Below, piece after piece: positions 51,406-64,000 of a DNA stretch of 64,000 nt. A program made the translations under genes and the position numbers. The notes under the pieces were generated by a model. That model did no database searches and was not told where the DNA came from. It saw only the letters and a list, made by a program, of their open reading frames with translations. Each line of letters starts with the position of its first letter. Positions within the stretch are counted from its first letter, which is position 1. Source of the DNA: Mobula hypostoma (Eukaryota); assembly GCF_963921235.1 (NCBI RefSeq), contig NC_086109.1, positions 28,460,001 to 28,524,000 of the forward strand. Reading direction: 5' to 3'.

Positions 51406-52630
51406 CACTGGACAGCAAAGATTTTGATTCCTGAATACTTTTCAGTGATTCTTATGGATTTTGGGCTGCTGATCATGAAAATCACCATGAAATTTCCCTA
51501 TCACACACCTTTTTTTGTAAGCGCCTGTATTTGTTTTTTTTAAATTCAAAGTTCAGGTCAATTAAAACGTTGCCCACAATGTAAGCTGGGAAGTTTCTAT
51601 CTTGTCCAGGCATGCCTGGACATGTTTAGACAGGGGGCATGCTGCATGGCAGGACAGATTTTACAAAGTCTATAAAAGCATCATGCACACACCGTTCTAA
51701 GCATTGTATTTACATGTATTTCAATTTGTGATCACGTTGATGTGCATGCTCTATGTGCATAGCATATTGTGTGTACTCATAATTGTATTTTTAGAAGTAT
51801 TTGTGATAGCAAAATGTCTCACCAATGTTGCAAAAGCCATGATACTTTCTGTTATATTTGTGGCAAGTAGATGCTTAAATTTCAAAGACAGATCATAACT
51901 CCTCTTATTCAGAAAGCCTATGAGCTCTACTTTGGGTATAAAATTAGTGACCAAGACAAAGCCTAGGCTCCTCACATTTGTTGTATTTCCATTTAGACTT
52001 CTTTCCTGTAAATCTTGGGAACCTTGGTGTTGTCCATGATGAGCATGGTGAAAGGTTTCACCAGGCCATTGTGGTCATGGTGAACTGGAATCCATTAATG
52101 CTGGCTAATTATTGTTGGATACTTAAGTGAGAAGCCTCAGACACAGAGTAAAAATGAAAATCATCAACAAAACATTTTTGGCTTGGTTGAACTATTTCTA
52201 AGCATCAGCACTGTTATGCAATTAAACACATTACAGTTAATAATGTAGTCAATAATATAGTCAACCAACAGGTGTTGGTGGAGCGCTAAAAGCACGCCAA
52301 GGCACTTAGACATCCGTTATCCACTGCAAGAGGTGGTAATCCCTTTAAACTCACCTGGCAGTAGACAAAAGCAAGCCACTGCCGTAACCTGCCAAGTACA
52401 TGATTTCTTAATATGTCAGAGTGGCGTGGAGGGAAATTGTCCAGCAACTGGAATTTCCAGATGCGACCTAAAGCAAGCAATAGTCAATAAAAGTTCATTT
52501 CTTGTTTCCCCAAACTCCTATGTGATACCAGAAGTATGAAATTATATTTGTGTTTGGATACAAGCGATCTATTATGACCACAACTAGTTTCTAAGGAAGC
52601 CACAATTTCAAACAAATTTGTTGTTCAGTG
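51406..52630 (+). mobile_element. Chapaev3-like (CMC) DNA transposon, internal-deletion derivative
   Basis: TIRs CACTGGACAGCAAA / TTTGTTGTTCAGTG; TSD TAA (51403-05 / 52631-33). N-terminus CCKSHDTFCYICG..KAYELYFGYKISDQDKA*APHICC is fused directly to C-terminal HLDFFP.NLG..DEHGERFHQ. Confidence 0.75.
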
Positions 52631-54619
52631 TAATATGCATTCTGTATATATGCAGCCTACTGGTAAAGTTAAGGGTCAAATTTCTGTAGATGAGTTGTCT
52701 TGGTCTGATTCAGATGTGATACTGAAAAGTGATTACACCTTAATCACATTTCCCAAATTTATCTGAACTTCATTCATTCCATTAGACCACAAATTGAGAA
52801 AAGGGAGTTTCTATTTGAGGTAGTTCCTAAAACATAACCATCTATACATCTATATCTTCCATAGTTCCTCACTTTGGCATGAAATTATATACTTTTTGAT
52901 TGTGTGCACTGCCAAAGATAAATGTGCAGTCCAGCTTTGGTATGTAATTGAGGTAGTTAATCTTGTACTAGTCATTGAACTATTGATAACTTTACACAAT
53001 AGGCTTACAACATTAAAGAATAGACTTCAGCCTAACTAAAATTAATTGGACTTGGAATAATTAGAATCACCTAACATCAGTTAAGCCATATTTGAACCAA
53101 ATTCCTATAGGGCAATGTTTGCATCGTGATCTACTGAGCAACAAGTATGGAAATGTAAAATTTCCTACAGAAAATGAAAAATAAGATGTCCATAATCTAG
53201 TATACATTTATAAGGAGATATATTTTTAGACTTAGTACATACTGAAAAATATGAAATGCTATTTCTTTACAAACAATATTTTAACCATATCTCACAGCAG
53301 CCCAAGGCTATCTGAATGGAAAATGAACTGTCCTGCATGGCTATAAACAAATACCAATGTCATATTTTCTGTTTGAAAGTTTTATGTCAATTAGACTCCT
53401 CTATACTGATGTAGTTTTGATCGGCAAGGGTTAGTGATGCATGCACAGTAGGATATTTACATGGACACATCCATAATTCATTATGCGATGATTTACTTTA
53501 GAAGCCTGTCATGTTGTGTTGTAAAGAGGTTGCATCTGTTCTGTTGTATATATTAATGAGATATCTAATCTACAGAAGAGAGTTTGCATACTTGAAATGG
53601 AGTATAAAGAGCAATATTTCTATCCATGCATCAAATTTACACTTTCAATGATAGCTTTAAGGTAGAATAATTCTTTCCAAATAAATCGGATTTCATTCTG
53701 TCAATTCAAAGCCAACCATTCTTTGATCTTTTGATATTTGCACTTGTTTAAAAGCAGACTACAGATTACAGAGAAAGCTATAAATATTTTAAAAGAGAAA
53801 TTTGATCGTGATCGGGACCAGACAGTACAAAGAAATCCCTTCATTTTCAGGTTGATTAATTTATTCCAATTTAAATTGACATCAATTTTAACAAAAGCAT
53901 GAATGAGTTTTAACATCTTTTTTGCAGATTATATCATAATATCTACTGTCCTCAACATTAAGACCATTTCACTTGACATGGTATAATATCACAATTACAC
54001 ATGGATTTAAAATATTCAATGGAAATAAAATATGTGCTGATGTACTATGAAAAGAGGAATTCAGTCTGAAGGAAGAGTTAACCTGTTTTCATCTGAATGT
54101 AAAAAGCTTTACTACTGACAGCCTCCATTTTGGGATTCAAAGTGATGCATTTTTCAAGTAAAATGAGAGCTCACTGTGGGAGGCATTTCTTTGAACCAGC
54201 TGCGAGAATATTCAATTGTGAAACACTTAATGCTTGAAGTTGTAAATCATTTGATCGGATGATTAACAGAAGTTTGATTCCACATCAGTGATTTCCAAAT
54301 GAACGGCACTGATTTCAATTATTTTTTTATTATTATTGATAAATGCCTAATTTGAATTAACCTTTCTTGACAAAATACCAAAATAGTTCACACACTATGG
54401 CTAATATACCAGATAACAAAGATGAGATTGAATACATAGGTACTCCGTAAATTAATGTCAGCTCGGTAAATCCATCAGTGGATTTATGGCAGGCCAACAA
54501 ACTTTACAACCAAAAATTCAATAGCACTCAGTGGCAAAGAGTTGTGTTAATTGAATAAGCTTTTCAGTCAGAATAGTCTATTCACAGTGTAGCTAGTAGT
54601 TGAAGTGCCCATGAAGTTT

Positions 54620-56070
54620 ATCAGTGAGGTCCATATCTGGGCTGCTCTGGGCTGGTACAGGCCAAGGGCTGGGGGTAAAGATGGAGAAAGGAACAGGTAA
54701 GTGGGTGACTGACAAGAGGGGGATAGAAGATAGGCAGCCAGTGCAGAATACTTCTGTGGCTGTTCTCCCCTACAACAGCTTTGGATGCTGTTGGGGGTGG
54801 ATGACATAGCAAAGGAAAGCCACAGCATTCAGACTGCAGCACTGAGCCAGGCTCTGAGACTTAGGAGGGAAGGGCTTTTGACTAGGTCCCACATGGGAAG
54901 TTGGTCAAGAACGTTCAGTTGCTTGGCAGTCAAAATGATGTAACGTTGGTGAAACACTCTGGTTCCGTCGACTGCGTAAGTCTAGGGAAGACAATCTCCG
55001 ACCCCACCAAACGTAAGAGATTGAAGCGCAAGGCCAACAAATCCCCTGTTTGTGTGGATGCTGTGTGATTCGTTACCCTGTTACAAATAAGTACCATGAA
55101 ATAACGGTCAGTACACCGCACACAATTAAACGATTTAACTTTATAATTTGTAATTTGACTAAAGGGTTTGCAAAGAAAGAACAAAAAAAGAAAAGGGCCC
55201 TATTTAATGAAACAGTCTAATATGCACAAGTTGGAGCTCATGGTTTCCGCTTCGCTGATCCTCCTTCAATCTCCCCGGGCTTTGTCAAATCATAGTCCGG
55301 CTCTTATGACCTATGACCTCTTCTCTCCAGCGTCTTCTCCCTTCATTTTCGCTGAACCAAAAGAAAACCCAACTCACACTGGTGTCAGGCACACAGCACG
55401 AAAAACACGCTCCCTTCATAGGATGCCCACATTCCAAAGCACCCGTTATCTCTAACTATAACCCAAACACTGCTTATACAGAAAGACCATTACGTTAGCA
55501 GTGAAACCTTTCCCAGGGTGTTACATTGGCTTTGCGGAAGAAGCTCGAGAGTGGTTGTAGATGGTTACCTCTCTGACTGGAGGCTTGTGATTAGTGATGT
55601 GCTGCAGGAATCGGTGCTGAGTCCATTGTTTCTTGCCATCTATTTAAATGATTTAGATGATAATGTGTAAAGTAGATCAGGAAATTTGCAGATGACACCA
55701 AGTTTGTGGATGTAGCAGACAGGAAGGAAGTCTATCAATGCTTGCAACAGGATCTGGACCAGTTGGAAAATGGGCTAAAAATGGCATATGGAATTTAATA
55801 CAGACAAGTATGAGGTGTTACACTTTGAGAGAACCAAACAGAGTAAGTAAGATATAGTGTGCGGTAAGGCACTGAGATTGCAGTAGAACAGAGGGATCTG
55901 GGATTACAGCCCATAATTCCTTGAAACTGTCATCACAGATAGATAGGGTCATAATGAATGATCTCAGCACATAGGCCTTCATAAATCAGTGTATTGATTA
56001 CAGGAGTGATACATTATGTTGAAGTTGTATAAAAGGTTGATGAGGACTAATTTAGAGTATTGGGTGCTGT
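54620..56070 (+). mobile_element. CR1 LINE fragments interrupted by an LTR-like insert
   Basis: RT motifs at about 54875-54935 and 55526-56070 (QESVLSPLFLAIYLNDLD, KFADDTK). Confidence 0.7.
54939..55525 (-). mobile_element. Probable solo LTR
   Basis: TGTAAC...GTTACA inverted ends, CpG-rich, interrupts CR1. No TSD seen (flank appears deleted). Confidence 0.55.
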
Positions 56071-56649
56071 AGTGTTCTATGGCTTTATGAAGGTTGGACT
56101 GTAACTGTTAGGCCAGGTCAAAATGTTACAGTGTCACCTGCTAGGGATGGTCGATCAATAGATGTTAACATCTATAGATCACTGCTTGGGGTTAAAGATA
56201 AGATTGCAGTTGTATCTTACAAGAGCCAGATCTTACAGATACCAGAGGAGCCCTTAAAACTTGCTTTTGTGTATGTGGCATTTGTCCAAGCTAGGTAAAG
56301 CATGCATGGAAGAAAGTACTGGGAGTACTATGCATCAGTCACCTCACAGCTATGAACATCACTGCATTAGTCCAGGCTGTACATTAAAGTAGGAGATGGG
56401 CAGAAAAGAAACAAACTACAGACTTGCAGTAAGCCCCAGTTTTCCTTTATATTTTACTTCACCTTGAAATTTAATTGCCAAACTCATGAAAACCTGGCAG
56501 TATGAGATGCTGTTTTGGTATTGTGTTAAGATGATTACATCCAACTGACCAATTGGTGTACAAAGGAAATGTGTGATTTTTTTCGTTTTAGATTCTTCTA
56601 TTGTCATTGTTCCTTAACTCATTTGTATCTCACTTTGTAACATCATTTT

Positions 56650-57068
56650 TGGCTCAGTTAGCACCAATAAATCCCAAGTCATAAAGTTGTGGATTCAAAT
56701 CCCACTATGGAATATTGAACACAAAAATCAAAGCTGACATTTTATGGCTTTGCTGAAGGAATGTTTCACCGTTGGAGTCTTTCAAATGAGACATTAAATT
56801 GAAGATTCATCTAGTCTTTCAAGTGAGAGGAAATAGGTTCCACAGAATTAATTTGAAAAAGCACAGGAGAGTCACCACCACTGCCTTGTCATTTATTTAT
56901 CCTTAAATTAACCACACTGGTCATTATTATATTGGTCTCTATGGAATCTCGCTGTGCATAAATTGTCTGCTGCAATTTTTACATGTCAGCATTGACTACA
57001 TTTCATCAGCTATAATGCACCTTGAATTGACCTGAGGCTTTGAAAGTCCCTGCAGAAAAAGTCTTTCT
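56650..57068 (+). mobile_element. Deu-domain SINE (SacSINE1/AmnSINE1-like), old
   Basis: tRNA-like head (TGGCTCAGTTAG, GGATTCAAATCCCA), GTCTTTCAAATGAGACATTAAA Deu-like core, TCTTTCTT tail. Related minus-strand remnants at about 15200-15400 and 41670-41920. Confidence 0.55.
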
Positions 57069-57684
57069 TAATTTCACTTTTATTGTAATATACTCTGAGC
57101 AGGTCTAATCGGTCCATCTGGGCCTTCTATCCATTAACCTTTTTATCATTGCTCTGTGTTATCTCTATATAAAACTCCAAATATACTACTAAAACATATC
57201 CCAGTACTGTTGGGTATATTCCATTCAATACCTTTCACTTCCTCACAAATAAAATTCTTTTTTAACCATGTGGATGGTATGTTCATTGTTTTTTTTGCAA
57301 GGGTGGGAGTTAGGAGTTTTAGGGTTTGATGTTCTAGTTGCTGTTTTCTGTGTGGGTGATCTGTTAGTTTTTGTGCAAGGGAAGGGGTTGGGGGCTTGGG
57401 GTTTGAGAGGTTTTGTTTCTTTTTTTGTGTAGGGGATGTCTTTTCTTTCAATGACCACCAGAGTTTTTCTGTTTTATGGCTATCTGGAGAAGATGAATCT
57501 TAGAGTTGTATTCTGAATACATACTTTGATAATAAAATTAACCCTTGAACCTTTAAAATTCTGCTAATAAGACTCTCATTTGCTTTGTTTTCCTCTACTG
57601 GAATTTGGAATACCAAATGGAGGCCGAAAATACTTCCAAGTCACATCATCATCAAAAGATTAACCTTCATGACTCATTTTAAAG

Positions 57685-58386
57685 TTGTTGAAAGTGGGCA
57701 TGCAGGTACAGCAGGTGGTGAAAAAGGCGAATGGTATCCTGGCATTTATAGCGAGAGGATTCGAGTACAGGAGCAGGGAGGTACTACTGCAGTTGTACAA
57801 GGCCTTAGTGAGACTGCACCTAGAGTATTCTGTGCAGTTTTGGTCCCCTAATCTGAGGAAAGACATCCTTGCCATAGAGGGAGTACAAAGAAGGTTCACC
57901 AGATTGATTCCTGGGATGGCGGGACTTTCATATGAAGAAAGACTGGATGAATTGGGCTTGTACTCATTGGAATTTAGAAGATTGAGGGGGGATCTGATTG
58001 AAACGTATAAGATCCTAAAGGGATTGGACAGGCTAGATGCAGGAAGATTGTTCCCGATGTTGGAGAAGTCCAGAACGAGGGGTCACAGTTTGAGGATAGA
58101 GGGGAAGCCTTTTAGGACCGAGATTAGGAAAAACTTCTTCACACAGAAAGTGGTGAATCTGTGGAATTCTCTGCCACAGGAAACAGTTGAGGCCAGTTCA
58201 TTGGCTATATTTAAGAGGGAGTTAGATATGGCCCTTGTGGCTACGGGGATCAGGGGGTATGGAGGGAAGGCTGGGGCGGGGTTCTGAGTTGGATGATCAG
58301 CCATGATCATAATAAATAGCGGTGCAGGCTCGAAGGGCTGAATGGCCTACTCCTGCACCTATTTTCTATGTTTCTATGTTTCTATT
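57685..58386 (+). mobile_element. Young CR1 LINE 3' portion (200-codon open frame)
   Basis: KKANGILAFIARGFEYRSREVLLQLYKALVRLHLEYSVQFWSP..; (TTTCTATG)n tail. Confidence 0.95.
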
Positions 58387-58594
58387 TTAGTGTTCTCTTC
58401 TCAAGTTAGCGTAATAAATGTTTCATTCCTTCCAGTTTAAACTCTTCAAGTACCTCATGAATTTTTCGTGAAAATAAAACTGAACCTAAGTGCTTGATTA
58501 TGCTCGACACAACTGCACTTTAGTCTATATTGCCTGTATCTTCCCATGGATGCATATGTTCTTTTGACCCCGTGGGTCCAAACATCTTCTTGTC

Positions 58595-59795
58595 ATATAG
58601 ACAAAGGAGAATTGGTTAATGTGTATTGGGATATTCAGAAGGCCTTTGACAAGGTGCCACACACGAGGCTGCTTAACAAGCTACGATCCTACAGTATTAC
58701 AAGAAAGATTCTAGCATGTATAAAGTGGCTGACTGGCAGGAGCAAAGAGCATGAACAAAGGGAGCCTTTTCTGGTTGGCTGCCGGTGACTAGTGGTGTTC
58801 CATGGGGGGGGGGGGGGGCGGGGATGTGTTGGGACCGATTCTTTTTAAATTATATGTCAATGATTTCGATGATGGAATTAATGGCTTTGTTTGCAGATGA
58901 TACAAAGATAGCTGGAGGGGCAGGTAGTTTTGCGGAAGCAGAGAGACCACAGAAGGACTTATACAATTAAGAGAATGGGCTAAGAAGTGGCAGATGGAAT
59001 ATAATGTCGGGAAGTGTATGGTCATGCATTTTGGTGGAAGAAATGAAAAGGTTGACTATTTGCTAAATGGAGAGAAAATACAAAAAAAAATGAGGCACAA
59101 GGAGACTTGAAAACTCTTGTGCAGGATTCCTTAAAGGTTAATTTGCTGTTTGAGTCTGTGTTGAGAAAGGTAAATGCAATGTTAGCATTCATTTCAAGAG
59201 GACTAGAATATAAAACGAGGATGTAATGTTGAGTCTTTATAAAGTACTGGTGAGGCCTCACTTGGAGTATCGTGAGCAGTTTTGGGCCCCTTATCTTCGA
59301 AAGGATGTGCTGAAACTAGAGAGAGTTTAAAGGAAGTTCATGAAAATGGTTCTACATTTGAACAGCTTGTCTTATGAAGCATGTTTAACGGCTCTGGGCC
59401 TGTATTTACTGGAATTCAGAAGAATGAGGGGTCACTTGATTGAAACCTATCAAATGGTAGAGTGGATTTGGAGAGAATGGAGAGAATGTTTCCTCTGATG
59501 GGGAGTCTAACACCAGAGGACACAACCTCAGAATAGAGGGGAGTCCTTTTAGAACAGAGATGACGAGGAATTCCTTTGGTGAATCATTGTAGCATGTAGC
59601 TGTGGAGGCCAAATCTTAATGTATATTTAAGGCAGAGGTTGATAGATTCTTGATTAGTCATAGCATGAAGGGATACAAGGAGAAGACAGGAGATTGGGGC
59701 TGAGAGGAAAATTGAATCTGCCATAATGGTATGGTGGAGTTGATTTGATGAACCAAATAGCCAAATTCTGCTCCTATGTCTTATGATCTTATATC
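58595..59795 (+). mobile_element. CR1 LINE RT and 3' portion, decayed
   Basis: DIQKAFDKVPH.RLLNKL, TSGVP, FADDTKI. Confidence 0.9.
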
Positions 59796-60034
59796 ATGAA
59801 ACAGAGTGATCTGCAAGTGTCAATTAAGCTTCAAGTCACAAATCTTCAGATCTCCATCCTCAGACCTATTGAGAACTCAAATCTTAGAACTGCTTTTAAG
59901 TGATTTTGATTAACAGAAACATATAAAAATTTTGTTAAGGTTTCAATAATTAAATAAACTTATGAAACTTGTAAATTGTGGACATTACTTAAAACATAAT
60001 TTAACTAACCCCTTTCTTCATTTGCCTTTGCAAG

Positions 60035-60105
60035 ACAAGGGGTGTGAGCCTGCCAGCCCTGAGGAGCCAGATGTGACAAGCATCAGGCACACATCTGTGT
60101 TCTGA
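60035..60105 (+). other. Candidate spliced exon (possibly terminal coding exon xKGCEPASPEEPDVTSIRHTSVF*)
   Basis: Branch point ACTAAC (60004-09), pyrimidine tract, first AG at 60033-34, then GC-richer unique sequence. Gene not recognised. Confidence 0.3.
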
Positions 60106-60549
60106 CCTTCGATTCTGTACTGAGTCCAGCAGCTATTGCAATGTGCAGTTGCAGGAGTCAAGATCTAGTCAACCCCTGACTATGATTAGCAGATAGCTCA
60201 CTTGAGAGCAAGATTCATCCCGAAGGTCTCAGGATACTAAGGCAAGATGCAATTCACTCCTTCTATGATCTCTCTGCTGTCGGGAAGTGAGATCAAATGT
60301 ATTTAATCATGCCAGCTATTTGTGGGTCAAGATATCATGGTAACTGTGATCTATTTATAGGTTTATAAATGCATAATTTGATTAAATTTCTATGTCCCTT
60401 TGCTATCTGTTGTGATAAAGTTATCAGGTTGGTGCCGCTTAATAGAATGTTTTTATCCAGATGGTAAGAGATTCATCAAGAGAGAAGATACAGAGTGACA
60501 TCAGGCACTTTAACTACTATGCTAATACACTAATACATTAGTTCCTGTA

Positions 60550-60903
60550 ATTAATAAAGTGGCCACTGTGTGTATGTTTGTGGTCTCCTGCTTCTGTAAC
60601 CAATCCATTTCAAGTTTTGATATGTTGTCCATTCAGAAATATTCTTCAGCACACCACTATTGTACTTCATGGTTATCTGTGTTACTGTCACCTTGAACCA
60701 GTCTGACCGTTCACCTCTGACCTTCCTCATTAACAAATTGTTTTCGCCCACAGAGCTACCACTCAGAGGATGTTTTATTTTGGTTTTTTTTTTGCACCAT
60801 TCTCTGTAAACTGCAGAGACTGTTGTGAGTGAAAATACCAGTAGTTTATGAGATACTCAAACCACCCCGTCTGGCACTAAGAATCATTCTGCTGTCAAAG
60901 TCA
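60550..60903 (-). mobile_element. Tc1-derived fragment
   Basis: ORF 60551-60751 TVTQITMKYNSG..KNISE.TT..LKWIGYRSRRP (Tc1 HTH); AATAAAGTGGCCACT motif. Confidence 0.65.
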
Positions 60904-61646
60904 AATACACTAATGTATGAGATTTGTTGATCACAGAGATCAAAAACCAAGCGAGCAAACAGCAGGAATAAATAACAAGGGCCAGTCGTGCACGTCTCCA
61001 AAAATCAAAGCCAATTCAGGAAAGAACAAGGCCGAAAGTAAACCTATACATTTGGGAGGTGAAAAGCACGGATCTCTGTGCTGAATGTAAACTTAACAAA
61101 AAGAAAAATACATCCAAGGACAAGTTTATTACAGTTAAAATCTAATATGTTCATCGCTATATGCAAAGAAATTAGTCAAGGAAAATCAAAACAGGCATCT
61201 TACATACGATCTTCAGCAAAGGAGAAACATTCTTTCAATGTTATCTATTGAAATAACACTGTTGTGAATCTTGTAATCAACAAAAGAAACAGCTCCCTAT
61301 ATTACCTCCTTAATATTGGTATCACTGGAACACCCTCCTTATCTACTATAGCTGAATTTGTTTTTGTTCATCTACAGGATGTGAGTTTTGCTGACAAGAT
61401 CAACACATAATGCTTATCTTTAGCAGCCCTTAGGAAAACAATGATAAGCCATCTTTTGAACTGCTATGATCTTCTGGAGAAGGAATTATTGCAGCGACTG
61501 AGGTACAGAGTTCTAGATTATAGATCATATATTATATGATCTATATATATTATAGATTATAGATCAGTGAGGATGATATTCAGCTTGAAGGGATACTTGC
61601 AGAGCACGATGTTTTCTTGTGTCCTACTCTTGTGTATTGTGGTGGT

Positions 61647-61894
61647 TGTAGTGTATTTAATATTTCAGTAATATTTGAGTAATATTGTGAATATTTTGTT
61701 AGATTAAGCATTCCTTATTTACATAATTCATTATGGATTATATACAAGAAGCATGTGAATGGCATACGTTATTATGCCACCCTGTCATATGTGAGGGCCT
61801 CACAAAAAAAAAGGAAGAAAAACTAAGTAGACAAAACATAGCCCAGCTCCTGTGTTTCTTTTTTGATTCATTTCTGGAGTTACAAACCATCACA
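61647..61894 (+). mobile_element. Gypsy 5' LTR
   Basis: TG...CA ends followed by PBS-like GTGGTAACAAGG and gag-pol sequence. Confidence 0.7.
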
Positions 61895-64000
61895 GTGGTA
61901 ACAAGGAAGTTTTAAAAAAGAATCCGTGCTGATTACCTCCTGTTGTAGTGCAGCATATTCTCCTTTTCTCCTTGGAGCGACGGAGGATGAGAGGTGACCT
62001 GATAAAGGTGTACAAGATGATGAGAAGCATTGATTGTGTGGTTAGTTAGAGGTTCTTCCCCAGGACTGAGATGGCTAGCACGAGAGGACACAGTTTTAAG
62101 GTGCTTGGAAGTAGGTACAGAGGAGATGTCAGGGTGAAGTTTTTTTACGCAGAGAGTGGTGAGTGCGTGGAAAGGGCTGCCGGCGATGGTGGTGGAGGTG
62201 GATACAATAGAGTCTTTTAAGAGACTCCTGGATAGGTACATGGAGTTTAGAAAAATAGAGGGCTATGGGTAACCCTAGGCAATTTCTGAGGTAAGGACAT
62301 GTTCGGCACAGCTTTGTGGGCCGAAGGACTGTATTGTACTGTAGGTTTTCTATATTTCTATGTTTCTATTTTTTTCTTTGGAAGGGGCGAGAGATGCTCA
62401 TGTTAAAAAAAGGCAAAAACAATGGATGAAATTGGTAGGTGGCAAATGTGTTCACAGGTTCATGATCAGTGAATATGGGGTGATGATAATAAATTTTAAA
62501 AGGCAGAAATGGATCGCTACCTCAGAAAGATAGACATGTTTGATTGCACAACAAATAACTGGATAATATATACTGAATGAATTGAGCATTATTTTGAAGC
62601 AAATAAAATCGATGATGAAAAATGAATGCCAGTGTTGTGGAGTGCAATGGCTGTAACTAAACCAGATGAAATGTGCTTTGTTGACTTTATGAATGAAATG
62701 CAGAAACATTTAGAATCAAAACCATTGTTGATTGCAGAATACTTGAGGTTTCATAAGCAGAATTAGAAGGAAGGTTGTCTATTTCAGCATACATGGATAA
62801 ATTGAAGTAATTGTCCAAGCATTATCAGTTCTGTGATGGGCTTAATGTTGCACAAGATAGCATTCAGAAACAGCTTCTAACTTTAAAGAGCACTTGAAAT
62901 TGCCGTATCAATGGAAACAGCAGACAGAGACACAATTGAGTTGCAGTCAGGAATGAAAGTGAGTGTGAACAAAATTGTAACATTTAAACAGGAACGTGCC
63001 TGGCTGAGCAAATTGTGTCATCATCATTAAGGCAAGTGCCCCCATACACCAGACCAATGCAGGTTTAAAGGCAAAACTTGCAGAAAATGCAACAGAGTAG
63101 GACACATATAAAGAGCATATTGAACCAAAAACAAATAGATTGCACAGGGAAGAGTAAAAGATAATAAGTCAAATGCAGTTTGAAAAAGAGCTATAATCTG
63201 TATGCTGTTGATGAAAAATCTGATAATGATGTGAGTGATCCTGGATTGGCTAGCCTTGAGATTTACCATGTGAAATCTAATATGAGTCAAGCAATATGGC
63301 TTACATGAGAAGTGAACAACAAATTAATAAAAATGGAATTGGACACTGGCTCAGCTCTTTCAGGCATTACACAAATTGAGTTTGAACAATATTTTAAAGA
63401 TACTGAACTGAAGCCGGCAGATATCCAACTAAGAACTTATACTGGAGAAAAGATTACTTCTGTGGAATGACATTTGTAGCAGTGAAATACAACAAGCAAG
63501 CCACATTGGGCTTCTATGTACTAAAAGCAGGAGGGCCAGCATTGTGGTGCTGTGGTTGGCTGAATCAACTACAGCTTGATTGGAGATCCATCCACCATTT
63601 GCATACCATATGCCCTGCAATAGAGTCAACTGAGAGCAAATAAAAAAAAAACTACTGGATGATACCACAGCAATGTTCAAGGATGGCATTGGAAACTCTA
63701 ACTTATCAAGGGTCAAATAGTGTTATCTGAAAATGCCGGACCCAAGTTTTTACAAAGCCCATCCGGTTCCTTATCCTGTCCAAGATAGAGTAGCCAGTGG
63801 GCTAGACCACATGGAGGCTGAAGGAACACTTTCCAAGGTTGAGTGAAGCCCCAATAGCCAAGAAGGATGAGCTGTGGTGAGTTTAAAGTCACCAGCAACC
63901 CAGCACTGAATGTAAATTAAAACTCTTTTCCCAGGATAGAAACCTTTCTGGAGAGAAACACTTCAGCAAAGTGGACTTACCCGAGGCCTACCAACAGATG
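61895..64000 (+). mobile_element. Gypsy internal region (gag, protease, start of RT), decayed; runs off window
   Basis: Zinc knuckles (HTPDQCRFKGKTCRKCNRVGHI), protease MELDTGSALS, RT start (CGEFKVT.NPALNV; FSKVDL.EAYQQ). Confidence 0.85.
61960..62368 (+). mobile_element. CR1 LINE 3' fragment inserted in the Gypsy leader
   Basis: FSLERRRMRGDLIKVYKMM..TRGHSFKV; (TTTCTATG)n tail. Confidence 0.9.

Noticed and set aside
57685..58287. 200-aa ORF as a host gene
   Set aside because: It is the CR1 ORF2 C-terminus, 5'-truncated and followed by the CR1 tail.
60461..60463. 3-nt ATG micro-exon (TTTTATCCAG|ATG|GTAAGA)
   Set aside because: Expected by chance in 64 kb; cannot be supported without RNA data.
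61517..61565. AT-rich palindrome (TATAGATCATATATTATATGATCTATA)
   Set aside because: Short low-complexity local duplication or inversion within a decayed repeat.
1..64000. CRISPR array or prokaryotic operon
   Set aside because: No regularly spaced repeat-spacer array and no gene-dense region; the content is vertebrate repeat DNA.

Overview
AT-rich, repeat-dense vertebrate genomic DNA, most likely a cartilaginous fish and probably a ray. That assignment is inferred from the V-SINE/HE1-like and Deu-domain SINEs, CR1 LINEs with 8-mer tails, Rex1/Babar LINEs and Penelope copies. No host protein-coding gene could be recognised, so the window looks intronic or intergenic. Nearly all listed ORFs are transposon fragments or their antisense frames. 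It contains decayed CR1, Rex1/Babar, RTE, R4/Dong, Nimb/I-like, Penelope, Gypsy, hAT, Tc1, Tigger-like and Chapaev3-like elements, often nested. The most notable signal is a Penelope-like family whose 3' repeat carries a minimal type-I hammerhead ribozyme. At least 8 recognisable copies are present, several as tiny non-coding TSD-flanked insertions, including inverted (fold-back) ones. Other oddities are a Penelope/Nimb chimera inside one TSD, a fold-back element made of two LTR 5' ends, and an RTE insertion with twin-priming geometry. Boundaries of old repeats are approximate and family names come from motif recognition, not database searches.
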